Positions 1 to 12,001 of a stretch of 64,000 bases of DNA are shown here, piece after piece. Made by a program: the position numbers and the translations under genes. Under the pieces are notes generated by a model. It worked only from the letters and a program-made list of their open reading frames with translations. It was not told the origin of the DNA and searched no databases. The stretch's first letter is position 1; each line of letters begins with the position of its first letter. Source of the DNA: a virus; the IMG/VR virus record IMGVR_UViG_3300045988_130745. One strand, written 5' to 3'.

Positions 1-1
1 A

Positions 2-268
2 CGTTCTCATATAGCCCACCTTGTGCAAAGGCTAAGAGATGAAACTCAATGTGAAAATTATTGGGTTTGGTCTGGACAGAAATTTGAAGATTTAATTCAA
101 AAGCCAGAGGGTAAACTACTTTTGATGTTTGATGTGTTGGTGGATGGTCCTTTTGAACTCGATAAAAAAGATCTCAGTCTGGCTCACAGAGGTTCTTCAA
201 ATCAGCGAATAATTGATTTAAAGCATTTCTTTAAAACGGGTGAGGTCGAATTATGGAGTGAATCTTAA
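2..268 (+). CDS. nrdG: anaerobic ribonucleotide reductase activating protein, C-terminal fragment (5' end outside window)
   Basis: Frame is open from the window edge to TAA 266-268. The tail VDGPF...AHRGSSNQRIIDL resembles the conserved NrdG C-terminus. Confidence 0.6.
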   Translation, partial: RSHIAHLVQRLRDETQCENYWVWSGQKFEDLIQKPEGKLLLMFDVLVDGPFELDKKDLSLAHRGSSNQRIIDLKHFFKTGEVELWSES

Positions 269-591
269 TGACTTACACTTGTACAATATATTATTTGCAT
301 GATAGTTTTGTTAATTTAGCGCTGAATCGTTTTGGCAAAGAGATTGGGAAAAATCTTGATATGCCATTAAGTGCGACAATAGATAATGCCACATTTGCAC
401 TTGATGATAACAAAAGAATTGTTGTTTAGACAATTAAAGGTTTATCTCGTGGCTCAATAGCGAGTTGCAGGTCAACCTATGCTATTGTTGAAGGCGCACT
501 TATAACACCAGAAACAGTGGATATTTACAATCAGTTGACCCAAACAACGGGTGAAATATTCCTTTGGGAAGAAAGAGAGTTGCAGGAGTAA
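268..591 (+). CDS. hypothetical protein
   Basis: ATG 268 overlaps the preceding stop (TAATG). 107 codons run to TAA 589-591 with one in-frame TAG at 427-429. Absent from the standard-code track because of that TAG. Confidence 0.55.
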
Positions 592-599
592 TGACGTAA

Positions 600-1670
600 A
601 TGGGAATTTTGTTCTCTGTAATAGGAGCACTCGTTGGCGCAATTATAGTTTATATTATAATGCGCAGGCGCCAAGAAGAAATTAAACAAATCAATAGGGC
701 GCAATTAGAAGCGTTTGATAAAGAAGTTCAAGAGAAAAAGGTAGTTACTTAGCGTTTAATAGATTCTTATAATGAATCACTTGAGCGTGCAAAACAAGAA
801 AATAATAAGGCGTTAGAACACGCGAGACGATACAATCAAGAACAATTAAAGCAAGTTCAATCAGATTATTATAATAAAGTTCAAGATTATACTAATCAAG
901 CGGAAGAACAAAAGACCTTTCTAAACAGGGATATTGCCGAGCTTCAGGCTAAGATTGTTGCTCTTGAAAAAGACTATGATCATAAGATTGCTGATTTTGA
1001 TAGGCAATGGTAGTCTTTGATGAAAGAACGCCGTGAAGCGATGGATAAATTAGAAGAAGAGAATTTGGATGATTACCTTGATTAGCAAATGTCTCTTGAA
1101 TCTCAATATCAAAAGGACAAAGCAAAACTTTAGTCTGAGATCAATAATTTATCTGCTTTGCGCGCGAGCCTTATTGAAGCGCAAATTCGTGAACAAAAGC
1201 TAAAAGATGAACAAGACTTTTATCGTATTCATCTTTCTATTGATGCTCAAGAGGATATTGATAAATTACTTCGTTTTGCTAAAGAGTGCCACAGTCAACA
1301 ACCTTTGCGCAAATTGATTTGGAGTGAATACTTCTTAAAGCCTTTCGGTGAAATGGCAGGACGTATCCTTGGTAAGGACAAAATTTCTGGCATTTACAAG
1401 ATTACTAATATTAAAGACGGTAAAATATATATTGGGCAGAGTACGGATATAAAAACTCGTTGGTCCAATCATATCAAAGCCGCGCTCAAAATAGATTCAA
1501 TAGCTCATTCAAGAGTCCACGATGCGATGGGTGACGAAGGTATTTGGAACTTTACTTTTGAGTTATTGGAGCAATGCCCAAAGGAGAAGCTAAATGAGCG
1601 AGAGAAATATTACATAGAATTTTATCAATCAAATATCTATGGATATAATAAGACTATTGGTGGAGCTTAA
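600..1670 (+). CDS. membrane-anchored coiled-coil protein with C-terminal GIY-YIG (T5orf172-like) nuclease domain
   Basis: ATG 600 is in frame with track ORF 1158..1670 across TAGs at 750, 1011, 1083 and 1131. N-terminal hydrophobic helix MGILFSVIGALVGAIIVYII, Q/E/K-rich middle, C-terminal GIYKITN..GKIYIGQS..RWSNH. Confidence 0.7.
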
Positions 1671-1996
1671 TGGATATTCTTAATAAAATGTACTTTCAAA
1701 GTGGGACTGCGAGATTAAGAAATGACGGACTTATTGATTTGTCTCTTAATTATATATACAATAATGGAAAAGAAGATAAGTCTTTTAGTTTAAAAGGAGT
1801 TGTCGATAATCCGGTTGTTACAATCGAGAATGCCTATCGCGGCCCGAAAGAAAGAACCGCAGAAATGTTGACTGATAACCGTAATTATAAACTAAACGGA
1901 ATTGTTTCCTTTGAATTTATAACAGATAAAGGCACAGGTAATCTTTATACGCTTGAAATAGCAGATATTCAAAAAATAGAGGGAATTGATAAATGA
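1670..1996 (+). CDS. hypothetical protein
   Basis: Track ORF. Its start overlaps the upstream stop (TAATG coupling). Confidence 0.65.
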   Translation: MDILNKMYFQSGTARLRNDGLIDLSLNYIYNNGKEDKSFSLKGVVDNPVVTIENAYRGPKERTAEMLTDNRNYKLNGIVSFEFITDKGTGNLYTLEIADIQKIEGIDK

Positions 1997-2322
1997 CTTA
2001 TTCTGATATATTAAAAGAAATGAAACACCACGGAATGGATGATTTTTGTATTGAGCGTTATGAAGTTGAAGCAGTTGCGCGAAATAAATATCTTATTCAT
2101 ATCATTTTTGATAGCGAAAAGAAAAAAATGTATTTGACTGCACGGGCGACCGATATAATTGGATCTCATACATTTGAATCTTTTTCTGCTTTTGGTGGGT
2201 ATAATTCAGAGAAGATAATGGAATGCCAAGGTCCAATTATTAAATTTGGACTGGAAACTTCTATTGATTTTACTAAAGACAACCCCGTCACGATTTATTT
2301 CGTTGACAAGGAGAAAAACTAA
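1993..2322 (+). CDS. hypothetical protein
   Basis: Track ORF with a 4-nt ATGA overlap on the upstream gene. Confidence 0.65.
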   Translation: MTYSDILKEMKHHGMDDFCIERYEVEAVARNKYLIHIIFDSEKKKMYLTARATDIIGSHTFESFSAFGGYNSEKIMECQGPIIKFGLETSIDFTKDNPVTIYFVDKEKN

Positions 2323-3152
2323 TGCAATTTGATAATACAAGAACTTTTAATTGGGAAGGTGCTTTTCATGGTATGAGAGCGCCACTTGAATCTTGGGCAA
2401 AATCGGATAGTATGTTTGGTCTTGCGCCAATGGAAAGTACATATGATTTAGAGATGCTAAATACTTGGCGTGATAAAGAATACCCTGACGGATTTAACAC
2501 AGAACAAGAAAGGACCGCTTATAATGCAGAAAAAATTTCATGGATTGACAATAATGGCATTTTGTGTTGCGATAATAATTGCATGGAGTTTGCTTTTCTT
2601 GGACCGGCGGACTTGGATCTCGCTCAGCGATTAATTAAAGCTGGCCCAGAGCATAGAAAATTTTTGCGTCAGATTTTTGTTTCGGCTTATATTAGTCTAC
2701 CTTTGTCTATATGGAAATAGCTTGATACATATAAAATTGGTACTGTAACCAATTCTACTTCTACTATGCATAAAATTCAGTCTAAGCCGCTTACAAGAGA
2801 AAGCTTCGAGATTGAACAAATTCCTTATGAAGAACAGGAAGAAATGGAACAACGTGATGGTATTTACTGTGCGGGTGAACTAAGTGATTTGCTTGATGAA
2901 ACAATTCAAACTTGTGAAGATTTGCGCAGAGCATTTAATCAAACAAAAGATAAACGCTATTGGCGTAAGCTAATTGAATTGCTCCCTGAATCTTATCTCC
3001 AAGCGCGTGAATATACCTTAAACTATGAGGTTCTTCGTTCTATTGTTCATCAGCGCAAAGGGCATAAGCTAGGCGAATGGCAGAAATTTATTCATTGGGT
3101 TCATACTTTACCTTATGCAGAGGAGTTAATTTTCTATGATGGAGACAAGTAA
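2322..3152 (+). CDS. hypothetical protein, possible ThyX-like fold (tentative)
   Basis: ORFs 2322..2720 and 2766..3152 share a frame across TAG 2718-2720. WKQLDTYKIGTVTNSTSTMH weakly resembles the ThyX RHR..S..S.RY region. Confidence 0.55.
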
Positions 3153-3153
3153 T

Positions 3154-3495
3154 ATGAATTATGAGGAACGTTCTTTGAATACTTCTAAAGCTGTTGGGCA
3201 ATGTGTTGACTAGATTTCATTGCTCGATCCTATTCAAGAGGACCCTGGCAATGAGCTTCATGAAGTTCCTAATGACATGGTAGACCATCCTAATCATTAT
3301 CAAGCCGGTGGTCTTGAATGTATTGATGTTATGGAACAACTTTATGGACGTGAAGCAGTAGAGTCTTGGATTAAACTAACTATCTTTAAGTATGTCTGGC
3401 GCGCGGATAAAAAAGATGGCGCACAAGATATTGATAAAATTCGATGGTACTCTGAGAAATTGGTTGAAATGTTGAAAGAGGATGGAGAATATTGA
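3154..3495 (+). CDS. DUF3310-like phage protein
   Basis: ATG 3154 is in frame with ORF 3220..3495 across TAG 3211-3213. HPNHYQAGGLECIDVME...FKYVWRADKKDG..DIDKIRWY is the pattern of DUF3310-type proteins. Confidence 0.6.
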
Positions 3496-3698
3496 CTCGG
3501 AAGAGATTTATAAAGTCTATGATGGCAGTTGGCTGGCAGCGAAACGAAGCTAATGATTACGCTCGTTTAAAGCCGAGTTATCTTTCTTATTCTCGCTATT
3601 GGAGTATCTATTGTCAATGGATTAAAAAGATGAGATATGCGCTCGAGAACGATTCGACTGAGGAATTTATAAAGGAGTATTATCTTGTCACAGATTAA
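3492..3698 (+). CDS. hypothetical protein, MT(R/K)KRF family
   Basis: Track ORF. The N-terminus MTRKRFIKSMM is shared with four other small ORFs in the window. Confidence 0.6.
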   Translation: MTRKRFIKSMMAVGWQRNEANDYARLKPSYLSYSRYWSIYCQWIKKMRYALENDSTEEFIKEYYLVTD

Positions 3699-3723
3699 CT
3701 CTCTATTTTTGAAAGGACGAATC

Positions 3724-3957
3724 ATGACTAAGAAAAGATTTATTAAACTCCTAATGGGCATTGGGATTCCGCGGAATCAAGCGGAAGTATTTGCCTATTG
3801 GAAACATAAATGGCTTAAACCCTATGCTCAAAGCTGGAATGATTATGCTGCAACTCTTTCGCATAATCTTCGGTTTAGTTATTCACCAGGAGAGCCTGGT
3901 GAAGAGATTATTCTTCGAGATTTAAAATATTTGGAGTTACATAGAAATGAAAGATAA
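3724..3957 (+). CDS. hypothetical protein, MT(R/K)KRF family
   Basis: Internal ATG 3724 of ORF 3685..3957 gives MTKKRFIKLLMGIG, paralogous to 3492..3698. Confidence 0.6.
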   Translation: MTKKRFIKLLMGIGIPRNQAEVFAYWKHKWLKPYAQSWNDYAATLSHNLRFSYSPGEPGEEIILRDLKYLELHRNER

Positions 3958-3964
3958 TAATCCC

Positions 3965-4108
3965 ATGGGCAATTTGATTGATTTATTTTTTGATCCAGAT
4001 TACGTCAAAGCTATGTCTCAACTTAACACTGTTGATGTAGGCAAGCTGAGCGATTCTGAAATAGCTAAAATGATTGATCTACTTTGCAACGGAGCAAAAA
4101 CAGAATAA
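3965..4108 (+). CDS. small hypothetical protein (47 aa)
   Basis: ATG 3965 to TAA 4106-4108. Too short for the track. A terminator follows. Confidence 0.4.
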   Translation: MGNLIDLFFDPDYVKAMSQLNTVDVGKLSDSEIAKMIDLLCNGAKTE

Positions 4109-4119
4109 ATTATTTAATT

Positions 4120-4152
4120 GCGTCGGATTTTATATCCGGCGCATTTTTATTT
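4120..4152 (+). terminator. Rho-independent terminator
   Basis: GCGTCGGA/TCCGGCGC stem followed by ATTTTTATTT. Confidence 0.7.
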
Positions 4153-4218
4153 AATACTTATAATTAATGCCCAAAAATCTTACTTTACCATTAGATAACT
4201 TCAATAGGAGGGAGAGGT

Positions 4219-4566
4219 ATGCTTTCTACACAAGGAACAAACATCACAATCACTCGTGGAGATAGTGCTTATATCACAGTTTCCATTACTGATTCTAAAG
4301 GCAACCCCTATACTCCAGGTCCCGACGATAAGATTCGCGCGCAAGTTAGACAGGATGCTTCTGCCACAAAAATATTGTTTGAAAGTCAAATTCCTTACGA
4401 TACTCTTGTTTGGCATATAAAACCAGAAGACACCGCTCAAGCGCAAATGGGCAAATCTTATGTTTATGACATGGAGATTGAGACTGCCGAAGGCGATGTT
4501 TTTACTTTTATTCCTTTGTCTAGTTTCACCGTAAGCAAGGAAGTGACTAGAATTGGAACAGAATGA
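4219..4566 (+). CDS. virion structural protein (hypothetical)
   Basis: Track ORF preceded by GGAGGGAGAGG RBS. First gene after the terminator and heads the fibre gene block. Confidence 0.7.
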   Translation: MLSTQGTNITITRGDSAYITVSITDSKGNPYTPGPDDKIRAQVRQDASATKILFESQIPYDTLVWHIKPEDTAQAQMGKSYVYDMEIETAEGDVFTFIPLSSFTVSKEVTRIGTE

Positions 4567-5140
4567 AATTTTATATGGTGCGATAAAAAATTAGTCTTCT
4601 CTTGAAGGTGTGCTTGATGCAACTTCACTAAGCGGTGACATTGCGTGCTATTCTACTTTATCTGGCGCTCTTGCGGCTGATGGTAGTATTTCTGGCGCGC
4701 TATCTAATCCTGTTTTACGTGGTTACTCTGCTTATGCTATTGCAGTCATGCATGGCTTTAAAGGCACAGAGAAAGAATGGCTAGATAGCTTAAAGCCTGT
4801 AAATGGAGTTGATTACTTCATTGATGAAGACAAAATCGTTGAAACGGTTAAAGCTGATTTAAAAGATACTTTTGTTGTAAGACGAGATGGCTATTCTTTA
4901 ATCTCTTTAACCGATATTGCTAAATTAACTAATATTGCTGATAGAGCGACTCGCGTAGAACCATCTACTATCAATGGTAATATCATTATCAATGGCAAAG
5001 AAACAAAGGTTTATCGCGGGCTTCCTCTTGATGATTCCGAATATATAAAGAACCAAGATGAGGTTCGATTGTGCTCTGGTGGCGCCGCAGATGATTATGG
5101 CTTCGGTAAAGAGGACGATACATTCATCTTTGAGGGGTGA
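4553..5140 (+). CDS. tail fibre-like protein
   Basis: TTG 4553 (RBS AAGGAAG) is in frame with ORF 4610..5140 across TAG 4592-4594. ILYGAIKNQSSLEG...SGALSNPVLRGYSAYAIAV..GTEKEWLDSL is paralogous to the N-termini of 17562..17909 and 18228..20651. Confidence 0.65.
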
Positions 5141-5145
5141 GATAA

Positions 5146-6987
5146 ATGCCGGGTAAAACACTAAAAACTAGAATACAAAACAAAGTTGACTCATTAGCTA
5201 ACTTACAAGCTAATAACCCCTATATTCTTGCGGGCGAGCTTGTAACTGCTTACACTACCGTTGGAGTTAAGCAAGAGGATGGTAATGTAGTTCAAAAGAG
5301 AGTCGCTTATATCTATGTAGGTCCGGGCAACTTTAACGACTTGTATCCTATTGTAGGACCTTCTGCCGATGTTAAGGCTTGGGCCAAGGTCGATAATTTT
5401 GTCGATGTCGTTATTGAAAAATTAACTAAGACTGACGAGAAAGGCGACATTGCTGAGAATGATACAGTTAATACAATGATTAACCGTATCAATAATAACT
5501 TCGCGCAAATTAAAACTGATATGCCATCTAAGACTTCTGATTTAACCAATGATGGCGAAGGTGCTGAAGTTCCTATTAAGGATTTCATTACTGGTTATGA
5601 GTCTTATTAGTTTGTAAGTCGAGATTCAGTTAAAAATTATATTAACACTTTTGGTTTGCAAGACCTAGAAGAAATCAAAAAGAAACTTGCCGAACTCGAA
5701 AAGAAAGTTGATGATAATTTAAAGGCGATTGATGAACGCTTTAAGTTATATTATACTAAGACTGAAATTAACGATTTACTTGCTGGTTATCTTAAAGGTG
5801 TTTAGATTGGCGATAAAGATGGCGGAGTTGTACTCAGTCCTGCTTCTACTGTGGTCACTTCTGGACAGCTTTGGACTCAGATTAAAGATGCTTCTCAAAA
5901 GGATATTGAGAAGATTGCTGACGCAGCTGCTTCTACTGCTCTCAGTCAAGCTAAGACTTATACTGATACTAAGTTAAGTGAATTTATCACTATTTCTTAT
6001 AAAGGCCCTTATGATTCTTATGCGGCTTTACTTGCAGACAATGTTGATGGCGGTAAAGCTGGTGTCATTTATCTTGTAAGTCATAACCATAATGATAATG
6101 ATAGTTATGATTCAACAGATAGTGATATATTTGATGAGTACATTTGGGTTACACGTCAAGATGGTGGGCAACCTGGCTTTGAGAAAGTTGGTAATACAGA
6201 TGTTAAGTTAAGCAGCTATCTCCAGGCCGCACTCAAAGAAGATAAAACTGGGGTTCTTGAAGGCGACGAAGGTTCTGTCTCTAAAATTGAGGTTGTTGAA
6301 GATCCTGTTGGTAGTGGCAACAAGTTCTTTAAAGTAACTTATAAGACTTTAATCAAGAGTGAGACATTTGATGCTGGTAAGGTTGCTGTTGGTTTTGGTA
6401 ATGGTGCATTAAAATCATCTGCTTTAGTCAATATTCCTTTAGCTGGTATCGTAGCAGGTAGCGCAGAATCTGATATTAACGAAACCACTACATTGGGTGG
6501 GGCAATTAGAAACTTAGAAACCAAGATTGCTGATGCAAAAGCCGACGGTGTTAAAGAGGTTGATATTGCTACCGATGGCGGCGTTGATGTTAGTGGTGGC
6601 CCGATTACAAATAAGGGCACATTAAAGGTTAGCCACTCTTTAAGAGCAACTGCAACTTCTGCTGTCAGTGATACTGTTGGTTCCGCAGATGAACGCACTT
6701 ACGTTAAAGAAATTGCTCTCGATAAATATGGTCATATTGTTAATGTTACTACTGGTAAGGAAACAAATGTTGATAGTTATGCTACCGGTGGTTCATTTGC
6801 TGCGGATAATACAAAAATTGAATTAACCGTTACTGGCACTGGTCCTAATTTCAAAACATTTAAAGCAGGACTTAATAAATTGCCTGCTATGTTATTATCT
6901 CAAACTGATGCCGAAGATGATTTTTTAGTACTTTATTGTGGCACCAGTAGCATTTTAGCTTCAACAGAACAAATCAATTATACCTGA
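5146..6987 (+). CDS. tail fibre protein
   Basis: ORFs 5146..5610 and 5851..6987 share a frame across TAGs 5608 and 5803. Long Thr/Ser/Gly/Asp-rich fibre-like sequence. Confidence 0.7.
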
Positions 6988-6999
6988 TAAGGTGGTGAG

Positions 7000-7404
7000 T
7001 TGATGCTCAAGGCTAGAATACAACTTAAAAAAGACACCAGCGAGGCTTGGCGCATCAATAATCCTGTTCTATTGGATGGCGAAGCTGGTTATGAATCAGA
7101 TACAAATTTAATGAAAGTTGGCGATGGGATTCATCGCTGGCTTGAATTAGACTATACAAACTCTGGTGCAACTGCGATAGCAAGTACAGCTAACTATGCT
7201 ATTAATGCTGGTGCGCTAGGCGGAACTTCTGCGGCTGATTGGGCTAAGAAGTTTGACAATTATGTTTTAAATACTCGAATTGAAGCCGTTATGTCAACTG
7301 CTTCAGCCGCGGACAAAATACCAACCTCAATAGCAGTTACTAATTGGGTTAAGTCGCAAAATTTCGCGGGTGCCGGTGATATTACTACTTGGGAGGACTT
7401 TTAA
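7000..7404 (+). CDS. tail fibre-associated protein
   Basis: Track ORF. The N-terminal IQLKKDTSEAW..NPVLLDGEAGYESDT..MKVGDG motif is common at phage fibre/hyaluronidase N-termini. Confidence 0.65.
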   Translation: MMLKARIQLKKDTSEAWRINNPVLLDGEAGYESDTNLMKVGDGIHRWLELDYTNSGATAIASTANYAINAGALGGTSAADWAKKFDNYVLNTRIEAVMSTASAADKIPTSIAVTNWVKSQNFAGAGDITTWEDF

Positions 7405-9650
7405 TGGCTAATAAATTATTAAAACCAAAGAGAGGTAGGGTAGAGAACCTGCCTAAATTGGCTGTTGAAGATGGCTCTCTTATTTTTGCTTATGATACCA
7501 AATCTCCCACTAGTACTGTTTTAGTTGATGTTGGAGAAACTAGATATGAATTATCTGCGGCGACGGCAAAGAAAGCAGATGATTCTAATGCTCTTGGCGG
7601 CAGTAGTCTTCAAAATATTGTTGACAAGATTGACAATGCGACGGGTGATGGAACTGCCTTTACTGGTTTAGATACTACTACTAATAATAAAGTAAAACTG
7701 ACAAGAGCCAATGGAACTACAGTTGAAAAAACAATTAATAATGTTTCTAATGCTTCGACTGCTGATTACGCAAAAGTAAGCAATAAAATTGGAACTGGGA
7801 CTATTGGTTCGTCAACTAAACCAGTTTATATTAATGCTGGTACCCCTACTGCGGTTAGCTCTATCCCATCTACTTTTGTTGCAGCATCGCAAATAAATGG
7901 TATTAATCTTGATACTTTGCGCACGCCAGGTATGTATTGGGCTGGTGGTGGCAATACTAATACTAATAAGCCCACGGGTATTGATGCTTTTGGTTTAGAA
8001 GTTCTTTAGAGTGCGGCCGGATGGTATACTCAAATTTGCTATGCTTCTGATGATTAGGAGAAACAATTCGTTCGTTATTATGATGCAGGAACAAAAGTTT
8101 GGAAAGATTGGGTTGAATAGAACCGTTTAAACACTAAAACTCAAAGTGGTTACGCCCCTGCACCGAATGCGGCAAATAAAGTTTATCGTACTGACGCGAG
8201 TGGCAATCCTGGTTGGGGCACATTAAACGACAGTTCTATTGGTAGACTTGCGTCTACTGTTACTTTTGGTGACGGTGGTCCTGCGGTAATTGATTAGAAT
8301 AATGAAACTTATCGCCAGCGTATCAATATTTTCGATAATGCAACAGCTAATGACGCGGTATTTAGTTTCTAGCAATCAACAGATGCCGGTAAGACCTATA
8401 AAGATTTATTTGCTATTAATGATAATGGTACTGTTATTGCTGGTACATTTCAAGGCGCACTTAAAGGAACAGCAGATTATTCAAAGAACTCTGGCGCTCT
8501 TGGTGGCAGTAGTTTAAAAAATATTATTGATAAAATTAATAGTTCTACTGGTGATGGTACCGCTTTTACTGGTTTAGATATAACTATAAACAATAAGGTT
8601 AAATTAACCAGAGCCAATGGTAGCACAGTTGAAAAGACAATCAATAATGTGTCTAATGCTTCAACTGCAAACTATGCTAATAGCGCGGCAAATGCTTCGA
8701 CAGCAGAGTATGCTAAAAGCGCACCACCAACCGTGAATTCTGTCAATTATGTCCGAGTTTATAATAGTTCCAATGTCGGTGGAAGCAATACTGTAACTGT
8801 CAATGATTTATCAAAGAAGCATTTTGCTCAAGGCATGATTAATTCTGCGACTGATAATCCATTAGGTAAAGCTGGCTGGGTTCATGTGCAAAGTATGGCT
8901 TGGGCAGATGGTAGTGATTAGTGGGCTTCTCAAATTGCTTTTGATGTTCAAAATGGTACTGGCGCTTACTATCGTTCTTCTAACGGCAGTGGACATTTAG
9001 CTGGACGTGACTGGAATAAATTCCTTGATAGTTCAAATTATACAGAATATGCTGCTGATAGAACTGCTCTTGTAAGCGCTTTGGCATCCAGCTCAAAAGT
9101 CACTTTTACAAGGGCAAATGCGGGAACATTTGCTATCAATATTAACTATGTAGAAAATGCTTCGACAGCAAATAATGCAAACAAGCTAGGCGGACTTCCA
9201 TCAAGTGAGTACGCCCTTAAAAGCCAATTAAGTGGTGATATTAATGCTTTGTCTGCTAAACGCTTGCCATCTTATCAATCAATCTCTGTAGCTAACTCTT
9301 TCTTCTATCGTTACGGTACAGCTGGTAATACTTCTGATGGCGGAGCTTGGACTGGATTTCCTTCAGCGATTCTCTACAATGCCGATTCAACTGTTAATGG
9401 CTTCGGCAATGCGCTTTTTCAAAAGAAAGTTGGTGTTCTTCACTTAGCAGCTGGTTCTTCTGCTCATGACCTTGTATTTCAAGCTGGAGGTACCAATGGC
9501 GGTATTGCTTATGTTGCAACTGGACGTAATCCCGCATACATTCTCGACACTCTTAACTACAAAGATAAAGCATATACATTTAACAAATTAACTGCAACCA
9601 GTACATTTACGGCAACTGGTGGCGTAGTTATTGACGGGGGAAGTTATTAA
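7404..9650 (+). CDS. large tail fibre protein with internal repeat modules
   Basis: ATG 7404 (RBS GGGAGGA). ORFs 7389..8009, 8649..8921 and 9081..9650 join in one frame across TAGs 8007, 8055, 8118, 8295, 8370 and 8919, checked codon by codon. Confidence 0.75.
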
Positions 9651-10453
9651 TGGCCTTACAATTAATGGGCGCAGCGCCTACGGCAAAAGAAATCGGAAGT
9701 TACTTGGACTTCCACGTGGACGCGAATAAAGGTGCGAAAGATTATGATGTAAGACTTCAAGCTAAAGATAGTGAACTTGATGTTATTGGTTCAAAAGGCG
9801 ATTCAAGTACTATCCTCAAAGTTGGTAGCAATTTTATGGCTTGGACAGATTCCGAAGGTGGTAATATTCGTATCTATTCTCCATCTCAAGCCTATTTTTA
9901 TGAGATGGATGCATATAATCATAGTTTAAGGATTGGTGGTAGAAAAGTAAGCAATGGTGCTTTTAAAAGTATTACACTTCTTGACACTGATGGCTATTCA
10001 ACTTTCAATCGCGCCTATAATGCTGTCTATAATGATTATGCTGAATTTTTCCCTCGTGGAGAAGACACAGAGCCTGGTGACATCATCGCTCTTGATGATT
10101 CTGTTGACCAAGAGCAATACGTTAAAGCCACTATTGATTCTTGTCGAGTCGTTGGAATTCATTCTAACGAATATGCTTTTTTAATTGGTGGTGAAAATCC
10201 ACCGGAAGGACAAGATTTTTACTCTTACAATATTTCTAAATATATCCCAGTTGGTTTAGCAGGACGTTGTAGAGTTAAAGTTCTCGGTCCCATTCGCAAA
10301 GGTTAGGATATAATTCCTACTTCTATCCCTGGTGTTGGACGTGCGTTTAATAAAGAAAAAGATAATCCGTCACTTCTTTATTTGTCTGTTGGTTTTGCTG
10401 TTGAAAACTCAACAGACGAGTCAATCAAATTAGTCCGCGTGAAATTAAAGTAA
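9650..10453 (+). CDS. tail fibre/appendage protein with possible C-terminal intramolecular-chaperone domain
   Basis: ORF 9650..10306 continues past TAG 10304 to TAA 10451-10453. DYAEFFPRGE...GIHS...PVGLAGRCRVKV resembles autoproteolytic chaperone domains of fibre/appendage proteins. Confidence 0.6.
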
Positions 10454-10464
10454 GGTGAAAATCA

Positions 10465-11403
10465 ATGGCTATTCAAATGAAACGCCAAGGTGGAGGGGTA
10501 TCGAATAATGCAACTGCGATTATTCCTACTGCTCTTGCTTATGGCGAAATTGGCATTGATAGTGCGGGTAATATTTATTGCGGCAATGGTAAAACTCAAG
10601 TTACCTCACAAGTTAAAAATGCCGCTAATGTTCTTTTTTTATATAAAGGGACCTATAAGAAAAACGGGTGGATTGAGAATAGCGTAAATAGTACTTGGTC
10701 TTAGACAGTTACAATTACCGCTCAAGATGGTGGTCCTGCAATTAAAGCAGATTTTACATTGTCTGCGCCCATGGCTGCGTAGACGGACAACCGTGAAACT
10801 AATGAGCAACGTCAAGATGCTCTTAGCGTAATTGCTGCAGGCAAATGTACTCCAAATGATAGCGGTCAAATCACTTGTTTGGTTTTTGAAAAACCATCAA
10901 TAGACCTTGATGTTTATTGGTATGCGCGATTGTCTGGCGGTTACGATTCAATGGTAGATGCACAAGGGGTCGGTTCTATTGTTGATTCTGCTGTAAATAA
11001 AGCAATAGATGATTTAAAATCAAATATTTCTTCTATTGTTGATAATGCAATTAATAGTAGTAATGTATATACTAAAATCAATGGTGTTTGTGCAGTTTAT
11101 CGCGCGAAGTATTTAGCTTCAGGTTGGATGGCAGTATCTTCCGATGGTTATAATTACTATCAAGAGGTAACTACTTCTAAGGTATCTGATGGTAGCGCCA
11201 ATTTGAATGCGTCAAGTATATTCTTGACTCCTGGCTTCTTCTTACCGAGTGGCACAGCATCAACTGATGCAGCTTATGCACAAGCAATGGGTATTATCAA
11301 TGATGGTTATTCAACAAGTGGTACAAATAGAATTATGACCTATACTACAGCTAAACCAATTAGCGATATATGGGTTTATTGGGTGGTTAGAGAAGCGGTA
11401 TGA
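10465..11403 (+). CDS. tail fibre-like protein
   Basis: ORFs 10465..10704 and 10879..11403 share a frame across TAGs 10702 and 10780. Confidence 0.65.
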
Positions 11404-11972
11404 TTTATGATGAATTAACTGGTGAAGTAATTGAGAATCCAGACCTTACAAAAGGCAAAGTTTATACTGAAGAAAAAGTTATTGGACGCAAAGAAGCTCA
11501 ACGGGTTCTTCTTGAAGGTAGTATAACTGACTTTGACCCAGAGGGCTGTTGGATGGAGATACCAGCCGAAGATATAACTGAGACTGTTGAAAAGTATCAC
11601 AAATATACCATCGACGAATTGATTGCATAGCAGCAAGCCGCGATTAAGCCAAATGATACTTCAATTTCTCAAGAAAAAAAACTTGAGCTGTTGCTTAATG
11701 CTATACCCACTGCCGCTTATCCAACCGAATCACCTAAGGTAGGCTATAAATGGTCTCCAATGTATAATAATGAAGCGGGATTTGGTTGGGAAATGGTAGC
11801 TGATCCAGACGCTTTTGGCACTCAAGAAAGACCTTTATATTGGAAAGAAGGTATGGAGGTTAAAGCTGGATACTATTATACAGATAAAAGTGAACGGCTG
11901 ATGCTTGCTGTTGAGAATGGAGTGCCTGATTATTTTGGTTAGTACACTTTTATGGAAGAAATGACTAGTTAA
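11400..11972 (+). CDS. hypothetical structural protein
   Basis: ORFs 11400..11630 and 11691..11942 share a frame across TAGs 11628 and 11940. Ends at TAA 11970-11972. Confidence 0.6.
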
Positions 11973-12001
11973 GAGGTATAAGTTTATGGGTACTTTATCT
12001 A

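Noticed and set aside
3567-5588. Small antisense track ORFs in the first 12 kb: 3567..3761(-), 4201..4446(-), 4925..5161(-), 5313..5588(-), 6339..6698(-), 10639..10869(-), 11415..11636(-), 11835..12062(-).
   Set aside because: All lie opposite continuous plus-strand genes that are co-linear, translationally coupled and stitched across TAG. None has its own RBS or promoter.
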